In this document: one piece after another, positions 11,037 through 18,787 of the stretch | Position numbering within the stretch: position 1 is the first letter of the stretch | How the letters are laid out: every line of letters starts with the position of its first letter | NCBI GenBank assembly: GCA_963835065.1 | Contig: CAWIEK010000053.1 | Location: 224,001-288,000, forward strand | Origin: an uncultured Chthonomonadaceae bacterium | GTDB lineage: Bacteria > Armatimonadota > Chthonomonadetes > Chthonomonadales > Chthonomonadaceae | Direction of reading: 5' to 3' | Length of the DNA stretch: 64,000 nucleotides | Notes under the pieces: model-generated | What the model saw: only the letters and a program-made list of their open reading frames with translations | What the model was told of the DNA's origin: nothing | Databases searched by the model: none | Position numbers and translations under genes: made by a program

Positions 11037-12433
11037 TGGTTTGCCCCTCCCACATTGCCCGAAGCGTTGAGTTCCGACCATGCGCCGCTGAAACCGAAGT
11101 ATTCAACCGGCGTCTCGAAATAACCGCTTTGCCCGATGATGTTCGTCGTGGCTCCAATGTTGATAATCTTGGTAGTGACCTGGCCTCGGAAATCTACATC
11201 GGGGCCAATGTTGACCTGGCCGACCGTATAGGTTTTGCCTTTGTAGACATAGCTGTCAAAGTCGTAAATGCCCATATCCACTTCCGTGCTGTTCGCCACG
11301 CCGGGGATAGGGTCCGCCGCGTTAACAACGATAGCGCCGACGGAAGACGTAAACATTCTTACTTTGTTATCCGTAACGTTGTCGGCGCTTTGCAGCGAGT
11401 GACCGCCGCGCATGTGGATGCCCGCTCCCGACAGGTTCAGATAGTAGATGTTGATGGGTCCCTTGGTGTTGTCAAAGATCAGGTCGCTATGGCCGTCCAT
11501 GTTGATGTCGGTCAGGTAGTAATTTGCGCCGCCGGGCTTGCCTACCAGCGTCACCGTTTGATGGCCGGTCGTGTTCAACGCATACTTGTCCGAAGAGATT
11601 GCTTTGGGCGGGGGAGTGCCCGGAGGAGTAGGGTTGTCGGGATCGTTCTTAACAGCCAAATCGTTGTCGTTATGCGCCTTGATGTAATCGGAACCTCCGG
11701 GATATTTGGCGTTCACCATATCCGTCACTCCCTGCAGGGGAAGCGGCTTGGGGTTACTGACCATCTTGTAACCATCATAGTCCGGGCCGGTCGGCGCTGA
11801 AGTGCCATTGAATACCATACTGTTGATCTGTGGCTTCACGCTCAACCCGGAAGTGATGGACTGTACGCCGTTCGTACCGGAAATACCATTTACGACAATG
11901 CCATTGTCCGTGAAATTGGTGGAACTGCTGGAATACAGCGTATAAAACGTGCTGTAAGGCTGGGCATTGATGCGAACCGAGCGCCGGGCGGAAGTGTTGT
12001 TTGCGGCAGGTACGGTCCCCGTACAGGTGATTGTAAACTTCGTGGTGTTGGCATTGACCGGTCCACCGCCTGGCGCGGCAACCGTTACGGTAAAGGTTCC
12101 CGGCAGGCCGGGGGCGATATACGTAGACGCGCTGTAGTTAATATCCCCATAATCCGCGCTTGTAATGCCACTGTTCGTCAGTTTATACAATTCCCAGTTG
12201 ACACCGGCTTCGGCAAGGTCGAGCGCGTCCGAAGAAGCCGCTTGCACATTGGCAAGGCTGTAGTGAGAAATCGTCAGCGTCCCTATGCCGGCAAGGGCCA
12301 GGGCAATAATGACGGTGAAAACCAGAGCCGTAATCAGCGCGCTGCCTTCAGGGGCAGACGCGACAAAGCCGCGACGCAAGCGCCGACAGCGAGGGGAGTA
12401 ACGATTAACTTGGGTGACAGGTTCCACTTGCAT
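11033..12433 (-). CDS. PilX-like minor pilin with large beta-rich C-terminal domain
   Basis: G|SALITAL (no Glu5), ALDLAEAGV motif. Confidence 0.75.
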   Translation of the reverse strand: MQVEPVTQVNRYSPRCRRLRRGFVASAPEGSALITALVFTVIIALALAGIGTLTISHYSLANVQAASSDALDLAEAGVNWELYKLTNSGITSADYGDINYSASTYIAPGLPGTFTVTVAAPGGGPVNANTTKFTITCTGTVPAANNTSARRSVRINAQPYSTFYTLYSSSSTNFTDNGIVVNGISGTNGVQSITSGLSVKPQINSMVFNGTSAPTGPDYDGYKMVSNPKPLPLQGVTDMVNAKYPGGSDYIKAHNDNDLAVKNDPDNPTPPGTPPPKAISSDKYALNTTGHQTVTLVGKPGGANYYLTDINMDGHSDLIFDNTKGPINIYYLNLSGAGIHMRGGHSLQSADNVTDNKVRMFTSSVGAIVVNAADPIPGVANSTEVDMGIYDFDSYVYKGKTYTVGQVNIGPDVDFRGQVTTKIINIGATTNIIGQSGYFETPVEYFGFSGAWSELNASGNVGGANQ

Positions 12434-12525
12434 TGAATTTTCCCGCTTCCTGACAGGGAAAGCGCCTGCGGTATCGTCAATGTGTTGAACACACAGCGAC
12501 ACCGCAGACGGTGGCACAACCACGC

Positions 12526-12918
12526 TTAGTTGTGGTCTACGCCCGGCTCGAATGTGCCGGCGTTCGTATCAGAACATTGGACAAGGAATGACCCTGCAAT
12601 CGTGCCGGTTTGGATGGTATAGGTCTCGCCGCTCGGTCCCATGATGTCGCCTTGCAGGTCGGGCAGCAGCGTCTTATTGGCTGTCTGGCCGATAAATTCG
12701 CTATAGTCCGCGGCACCATTTTTCACGTGTGCGGCCTGTACCGCGTTGGCGATGGTCTGCATGTTGGCGCGGTTTGTCTTCCGGCGGCTGTCGGCAACCG
12801 CGCTGAGGTAGAGCGGCAGGGCGACGGCCATCAAGATGGACAGGATCAGGGTGACGACGAGCAGTTCGACGAGCGTGAAGCCGCGAACACGGCGGCGAAC
12901 GGAAGTGGTGTGAACCAT
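12526..12918 (-). CDS. Type IV major pilin, copy A (130 aa prepilin)
   Basis: RG|FTLVELLVV, AGGAG RBS before ATG 12918. Confidence 0.92.
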   Translation of the reverse strand: MVHTTSVRRRVRGFTLVELLVVTLILSILMAVALPLYLSAVADSRRKTNRANMQTIANAVQAAHVKNGAADYSEFIGQTANKTLLPDLQGDIMGPSGETYTIQTGTIAGSFLVQCSDTNAGTFEPGVDHN

Positions 12919-13161
12919 TGTAACTGAACTCCTGACAGGCAATACGCAACTTTCGCGCACATTCCTGTACGGGTGATGGCTTCCATGCCTTAACGCAAAA
13001 CTTCTATGCTCTTGCGCCGATACCATGCCATCCTTTGCAACTATGAAAAGCCTGTTTCGATTTTGTTTCAAACTTGTACAGAACTTGGTTTTGGGGGAGC
13101 GCCTGCGGCATTGCCGCGTATAGACTACGCGACGCTGCCGCAGACGGTGGCACAACCACGC

Positions 13162-13554
13162 TTAGTTGTGGTCTACGCCCGGCTCGAATGTGCCGGCGTT
13201 CGTATCAGAGCATTGCACTTTGAACGAACCCGCAATCGTGCCGGTTTGGATGGTATAGGTCTCGCCGCTCGGTCCCATGATGTCGCCTTGCAGGTCGGGC
13301 AGCAGCGTCTTATTGGCCGTCTGGCCGATAAATTCGCTATAGTCCGCTTTGCCATCTTTAACATGTGCGGCCTGTACCGCGTTGGCGATGGTCTGCATGT
13401 TGGCGCGGTTTGTCTTCCGGCGGCTGTCGGCAACCGCGCTGAGGTAGAGCGGCAGGGCGACGGCCATCAAGATGGACAGGATCAGGGTGACGACGAGCAG
13501 TTCGACGAGCGTGAAGCCGCGAACACGGCGGCGAACGGAAGTGGTGTGAACCAT
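13162..13554 (-). CDS. Type IV major pilin, copy B (130 aa prepilin)
   Basis: Same as copy A except 3 aa; AAGGAG RBS. Confidence 0.92.
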   Translation of the reverse strand: MVHTTSVRRRVRGFTLVELLVVTLILSILMAVALPLYLSAVADSRRKTNRANMQTIANAVQAAHVKDGKADYSEFIGQTANKTLLPDLQGDIMGPSGETYTIQTGTIAGSFKVQCSDTNAGTFEPGVDHN

Positions 13555-13967
13555 TGTAACTGAACTCCTTAAGTCCGTGGTTTCCGGCTGCCAGGCCGGG
13601 AAGTGAATTGGGTTGAACCTTGGCAATGCGCTCGCGTCAGGTCCTCATGAAAGCCTGCGCGAAACGCGGGAGTGATGGTACGCCGAAGCGCAGGAAAAAG
13701 GAGCATTATCTGCTCACAATTCAGACACGGCTGCCGTCAGCGGATGGAACTTTGGCAGGTTGGGTTTGCGCGCTTTCAGAACCGGTATGCGCGTAAAAGC
13801 AGGTTCGGCTTTCGCTGTGGCCTGATTTACCCTGATACCGTCCCGAACGCGGCAAACGAGATCGCTATTATTCGGCTTCATGACCGAGGGTTCACGGCGC
13901 GCAACGGCAACGTTCCAGGTGAGGAGAACCGTTATGTTCGCGCCGAGCTATCTCCCACATACTGCGC

Positions 13968-15185
13968 CTAGCTGCGCAGAACCTGCGTGAGAGAAAAGAT
14001 GGGCATGTAGAGAGCCAGCAGAATGAAGAGGACGAGAACGCCCACAACAATCGTCATCAATGGCTCCATCAATTTGGTCAATTTTTCAACCGTATATTGA
14101 ATATCACGGTTATAAAACGCGGTAATTTCACTGAGCATTTCATCTATGTTACCGGATTGCTCACCTGCCGCGATCAAGCGCGTCACCATCAGGGGAAATT
14201 CATTGGTCGCTTCCAGGGGTTTCGCCAGGCCGGCTCCCTGCTGCACCTGCTCCGCCACCTTCATAACCGCTTCCTGAATGATGACGTTGCCGCTGGTATT
14301 GGCGGAAACCGCCAGCGAACGCAGAATGGGAACGCCCGCCGCGCTCATACCCGCGAAAGTTTGGCAGAACCGCGCAATCGCGATCTTCCTGTTAAGTTTC
14401 CCAAGTAAGGGCAGTTTCAGTTTCAGCCGATCATAAATGTGGCGTCCCCGCGGAGTTTTGATAATGCGCCGCAGGATGTACAGGGAAATGCCAAGCCCTA
14501 CCAGCACCCAGAACCAGTAATGCACCACAATCGCGCTGACTTTCACCAGCATCAGCGTAATGAAAGGCAGGGGGGCGTGAAACTGCTCGTACACTTTGGC
14601 GAACACGGGCACGATAGCCGTCAGCATGAACGCCACGACGCCGACAGCCACCACAATAACCAGGATGGGATAGGTCATGGCCGCCTTGACCTTCTCCCGC
14701 AAATCGGCTTCCTGATTGAACTGAACGGCGGCGGTTTCCAGCGTCTTGTCCAGCAGGCCGCCCGTTTCGCCCGCCTGCACCAGCGCGACATACATTTCGT
14801 TGAACACGTCCGGGTGCTTGCGCATCGCGTCGGCAAGCGTGCTGCCGGACAGCACATCCTTGCGCACCGCGTCCAAAGTGGCGGTCAGGGTCGGGTTTTC
14901 GGACTGCCCCGCAACGGAATACAGACACTCCGTAATGTTAAGCCCGGCGCGCACCAGCGTGGCAAGCTGGCGGCTCATCACCACCATGTCGCCCAATTTC
15001 ACGCGCTTACGCCGGAACAGGGACGAGGGTTCGTCATCCTCCAGGCCGGACTGTTCGCGGGCATCGGTGACAAATAAATTTTTTTCGCGCAGTTGACCGC
15101 GCAGGTCGCCAAGATTGCCGGCGCTCTGAACGCCGGTTATCAATTCCCCGCTGCGGTCGCGGGCGGTGTAGGTAAACGTGGGCAT
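13968..15185 (-). CDS. pilC: PilC/GspF inner membrane platform protein
   Basis: MPTFTYTARD, RQLATLVRAG, AGETGG, AGEQSG, EPLM motifs. Confidence 0.95.
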   Translation of the reverse strand: MPTFTYTARDRSGELITGVQSAGNLGDLRGQLREKNLFVTDAREQSGLEDDEPSSLFRRKRVKLGDMVVMSRQLATLVRAGLNITECLYSVAGQSENPTLTATLDAVRKDVLSGSTLADAMRKHPDVFNEMYVALVQAGETGGLLDKTLETAAVQFNQEADLREKVKAAMTYPILVIVVAVGVVAFMLTAIVPVFAKVYEQFHAPLPFITLMLVKVSAIVVHYWFWVLVGLGISLYILRRIIKTPRGRHIYDRLKLKLPLLGKLNRKIAIARFCQTFAGMSAAGVPILRSLAVSANTSGNVIIQEAVMKVAEQVQQGAGLAKPLEATNEFPLMVTRLIAAGEQSGNIDEMLSEITAFYNRDIQYTVEKLTKLMEPLMTIVVGVLVLFILLALYMPIFSLTQVLRS

Positions 15186-15284
15186 TGCGTTGTCTCTCTC
15201 GTACTCGCGCCGTCTTGCGCCTTCAAGGGCGGAAGCGTACAGGGTTCACCACTATAATAGCCGTAAAACCACGTAAAAATACGT

Positions 15285-15314
15285 ATTATGGCAATTTTAC
15301 CCTAAAATTGTCAA
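15285..15314 (-). promoter_or_regulatory. Internal sigma70 promoter for pilC with palindromic spacer
   Basis: TTGACA-18bp-CATAAT; CAATTTTA-CCC-TAAAATTG at 15292-15310. Confidence 0.65.
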
Positions 15315-15317
15315 AAT

Positions 15318-17027
15318 TTAATCCTCAAGATATAGAACGCGCAGCATTTCTTCTGGCGTCGTCACTTCATCCACCACTTTGCGCAGGGCGGATTGGCGCA
15401 GAGTCACCATGCCATCGGCAACGGCCTGCGCTTTCAACTGCGAACCGGACGCACCCTGCAAAATCAGGTCGCGCAGGCCGTCCGTCATGGTCATCAGCTC
15501 ATACACGGCGGTACGGCCCTTCATGCCTCTGCCGTTGCATTTGACGCAGCCCCTGCCCCGCGCCACAATGGGCGGGCGTCCATCGTCCGGGCACATGCCC
15601 AGGGACTGCGCCGCCGCGGAACTGACAAGATGCGCTTCCTTGCAATAGGGGCAAACCTGCCTTAGCAAGCGCTGCGCCACAACCCCGATAATGGCCGAAG
15701 AAATGAGAAACGGCTCCACGCCCATATTTTGCAGGCGAACGACCGCGCCGGGCGCGTCGTTGGTGTGCAGGGTGGAAAGCACCAGGTGGCCGGTGAGGGC
15801 GGCCTGCACCGCGATTTCCGCTGTTTCCTGATCGCGGATTTCGCCTACCATAATCACGTCGGGGTCCTGGCGCACCAGGGTGCGCAGGCCGGAAGCGAAC
15901 GTCACGCCGATCTTGGGATTGACCTGCATCTGATTGACGCCGGGCAGATGATACTCTACCGGGTCTTCAATCGTGTTAATGTTGCGGGTCATGTCGTTGA
16001 TTTCATTCAGCGCGGCAAACAGCGTGGTTGATTTTCCCGAACCGGTGGGGCCTGTTACCAGAAGTATTCCATGTGGCTGCTGAATAAACCCCTTAAAAAT
16101 TTGCTGTTGTTCGGGGTAAAAGCCCAAAGAATTCAGGCCGGAAAACGCGCCGGATTTAGAAAGCACCCGCATGACGATCTTCTCGCCATGCACGAGGGGT
16201 ATGATACTGACCCGGAAATCGTAACCCTTGCCGTTGTCGTCACTGGCGACGAAGCGCCCGTCCTGCGGGCGGCGACGCTCGGCAATATCCATCCGCGCCA
16301 TGATTTTGATACGCGATACCACCGCGGCGAGATGGTGCAAAGGAAACGTCATTTGCTCATGCAGCAGCCCGTCCTGGCGGAAGCGGACACGGACGCTATG
16401 CTCCTGTGGCTCGATATGAATATCGCTTGCCCCGGAGTTGGTGGCGGCATGAATGATATTGTTCACCAGCCGCACAATGGGCGCGTCTTCCGCAAGGCCA
16501 ACCAGGTCATCTTCGCTAAGATGCGACTGCCCCTGCGCAATGTCGGTCATTTCATCCAGAACCGACTGCGTTTTCACGCGCACATCGTACACGCGGTTGA
16601 TGGCGTCCAGCAAATCGTTGCGCAGCGCCAGATGCGGCTCAATGTGGCGGCGCAGGCGTACGCGCAGATCATCAACCGTCACGACATCGAGCGGGTCGGA
16701 CATTGCCACATGAACCGCGTTGTCGGCATCCGCAAACGGCAGCAGCACTTTACGCCGCGCGATTTCTTCAGGAACCAACTGGGCGAGGGTCGGGTCTACG
16801 ACGGTTTCCGTGATGTCTATAAAGGGAAAACCGAGCGCCCGCTCCAGATAGTGTCCGACGATAGCCGCCGCGACAAATCCCTGCGCGACCAGGGCTTCTC
16901 CGAAAAGCAGATTGGTATGACGCTGATAGGCCAGCGTTTGCTCCACCTGCGCTTCGTCAATGATGCCGTCTGTCTTCATGCGCTCGCCGAGAAGCGCGCT
17001 GGCCCGATTAGTTAGTGTAATGGTCAT
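15318..17027 (-). CDS. pilB: PilB/GspE assembly ATPase
   Basis: GPTGSGKST, TIEDPVE, RQDPD, GHLVLSTLH, CxxC..CxxC. Confidence 0.97.
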   Translation of the reverse strand: MTITLTNRASALLGERMKTDGIIDEAQVEQTLAYQRHTNLLFGEALVAQGFVAAAIVGHYLERALGFPFIDITETVVDPTLAQLVPEEIARRKVLLPFADADNAVHVAMSDPLDVVTVDDLRVRLRRHIEPHLALRNDLLDAINRVYDVRVKTQSVLDEMTDIAQGQSHLSEDDLVGLAEDAPIVRLVNNIIHAATNSGASDIHIEPQEHSVRVRFRQDGLLHEQMTFPLHHLAAVVSRIKIMARMDIAERRRPQDGRFVASDDNGKGYDFRVSIIPLVHGEKIVMRVLSKSGAFSGLNSLGFYPEQQQIFKGFIQQPHGILLVTGPTGSGKSTTLFAALNEINDMTRNINTIEDPVEYHLPGVNQMQVNPKIGVTFASGLRTLVRQDPDVIMVGEIRDQETAEIAVQAALTGHLVLSTLHTNDAPGAVVRLQNMGVEPFLISSAIIGVVAQRLLRQVCPYCKEAHLVSSAAAQSLGMCPDDGRPPIVARGRGCVKCNGRGMKGRTAVYELMTMTDGLRDLILQGASGSQLKAQAVADGMVTLRQSALRKVVDEVTTPEEMLRVLYLED

Positions 17028-17502
17028 AATGAACGGTATTAAAATTCGCTTGCTCGCTTGTCGCGCAAGAGTTGAATGTTACAGGGACACACGGCGGGGT
17101 GTGGCGGATATTGGAAAGATAAGGTCTGGGTTGAGTTAGGCCAGCATCAAGACCGGCACGGATTGATTTCCGGGGAGTTTGCGAAAACTCTTTGGAATAT
17201 TGGACGGAAGAGGTGAAATTCGCGTGGGAACAGCAGAACGCTTATTTCACGAAAATTGTCTTACCGGAAGCGATATTTACAGTGTTCGCTTTGTCGGCAA
17301 ATCAGGCGGAGGGGGTTCCGTTGATTTGCTGGAAGGCTATGCGCCTGTTCCTCGTTATTTTACTTCTTTCACTTGACGAAGAAACATGACGAATGTTCCC
17401 GCATTTTTACGTGACAGAGAGAGTATAACACGCTTTTTCAAAAACGCGCAAATGAGTTTCTCTCATTTTTGAAGAATTTGCCGGGCAGGAGCCACAAAAA
17501 AT

Positions 17503-17541
17503 ATCCCGTTGTCTGACAATGGTATTGTCGGACAACGGGAT
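17503..17541 (-). terminator. Intrinsic terminator of the PEP-CTERM gene
   Basis: 18-bp stem ATCCCGTTGTCYGACAAT followed by a T-tract on the minus strand. Confidence 0.8.
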
Positions 17542-17648
17542 GCGGCCCAATTTGGGCAGGATTACAAGTTTTCTCACTTACAGGCACAGGCGTTCGTTGC
17601 TGTTACAAGCGACAAACGCTTCCATTTATTTGTGAGCGCGGCGGCGTC

Positions 17649-18458
17649 TTATTTGCGAACGCGGCGGCGCGCAGCCAGCAGGCCGAGCGGCAGGGTGGAA
17701 GCGGCCATCAGCGCCAGTGCGCCGGGTTCGGGAACGGGTGACGTGAGTTTGAAGCGCAACCCGCCCACCGCGAAATCATTGGGCGTATTGTTTACCACAA
17801 GCGGCGCCGGCAGTGGAAGTGGCTCGGCAACGCCAAAAATCAGCAGTGACGTAATCTTATTGCCACTCGTATCCCGGACGCCAAAGAAAGGGGCCGATCC
17901 ATCTCCCTGTCCGAAATTAACCACACCGAGCTGTGTGAAATCCGTAGACGCGCTGCCTTCAAACACGCGGAACGTGAAATCCGTTGGGGCAAGGCTCTGG
18001 GTCGGATCAAAGTTGAAGCCGAATGCGCTGACAGGACCGGCGAACGTAATCAACATCCCGTCTGCGGGAGCAGACGACGCACTACTTACCACATTGCGTA
18101 CCAGGGGAGTCGCATTAGCAAAATCGCCTCCGAAGGTATTATTTGTGGGACCGCCTGCGCCCTGCTGGTTGCGGCGAACCAGATATTTGTTGACAAGATC
18201 GCCGTTGTCGGTAATACTCAACGTCTGCGTTCCTACGGATGTTTGATACAGAGTGTAAGCCGTAGGCGGATTGCCGATGATTGGCACGGAGGTTGGCGAC
18301 AGCGCGTTAAAATCGGCTTCGGTGGGCTGGCCTACGTCGCCGTAAGCCGTCAGTTGGGCTTGTGCAGGGGCAGTCGCCAGCATGGCGGCGCATGCGCCGA
18401 AAGCGAACAAGATGGCTTTTGCATTGCGGAGGGCATGGAACGGAGCGTGTGTTGTCAT
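17649..18458 (-). CDS. PEP-CTERM sorting domain surface protein
   Basis: Signal peptide AQA; VPEP + TM + RRRVRK. Confidence 0.92.
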   Translation of the reverse strand: MTTHAPFHALRNAKAILFAFGACAAMLATAPAQAQLTAYGDVGQPTEADFNALSPTSVPIIGNPPTAYTLYQTSVGTQTLSITDNGDLVNKYLVRRNQQGAGGPTNNTFGGDFANATPLVRNVVSSASSAPADGMLITFAGPVSAFGFNFDPTQSLAPTDFTFRVFEGSASTDFTQLGVVNFGQGDGSAPFFGVRDTSGNKITSLLIFGVAEPLPLPAPLVVNNTPNDFAVGGLRFKLTSPVPEPGALALMAASTLPLGLLAARRRVRK

Positions 18459-18604
18459 TTCGGCGTGTTCCCTCTCTGGGGTTAAGTACATTGACTGTTC
18501 GGCGGTACAGTCAGGCAAAAATGGCGGCAGGGTTTAAGGGACGTCGCTGATCGCAGCGAAGAAGGCGAAAAATAATTGGTTTGCGCGCCTCTATGAAAGA
18601 GTAT

Positions 18605-18620
18605 TGCATAAAACGTGCCA
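18605..18620 (-). promoter_or_regulatory. Sigma54 (-24/-12) promoter
   Basis: TGGCACGTTTTATGCA versus consensus TGGCACG-N4-TTGCW. Confidence 0.75.
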
Positions 18621-18719
18621 AACTCTCCGATTCCAGCAAAATTTTCTTTTTCCTAGCAAAAATACTACTATTTGCTTAATTTCAGCGCACAGCTTCATTA
18701 CGCAAAATAAATACCCCTC

Positions 18720-18747
18720 TCCCGGCAATGTAGGATTGTTGCCGGGA
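18720..18747 (-). terminator. Hairpin downstream of the helicase gene
   Basis: TCCCGGCAA/TTGCCGGGA stem with T-rich tail on the minus strand. Confidence 0.6.
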
Positions 18748-18787
18748 AATGGGTGTTTATAAAGGAACATCCGCTGCGAGGTTCTGC

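Larger units (their letters stand above)
12502..13569. repeat. Direct duplication of about 430 bp (12502-12933 / 13138-13569), offset 636
   Basis: Manual alignment: 16 mismatches within the CDS, RBS region identical. Confidence 0.95.

Noticed and set aside
13016..13030. Sigma54-like TGGCAT-N7-GC upstream of pilin A
   Set aside because: The -12 element lacks TT and there is no equivalent before pilin B; too weak.
12526..13554. Pilin pair as DGR template/variable repeat
   Set aside because: Differences are not restricted to adenines and no reverse transcriptase is in the window.
13570..13967. Possible c-di-GMP riboswitch in the pilin leader
   Set aside because: GEMM consensus elements were not found by eye; an Rfam scan would be needed.
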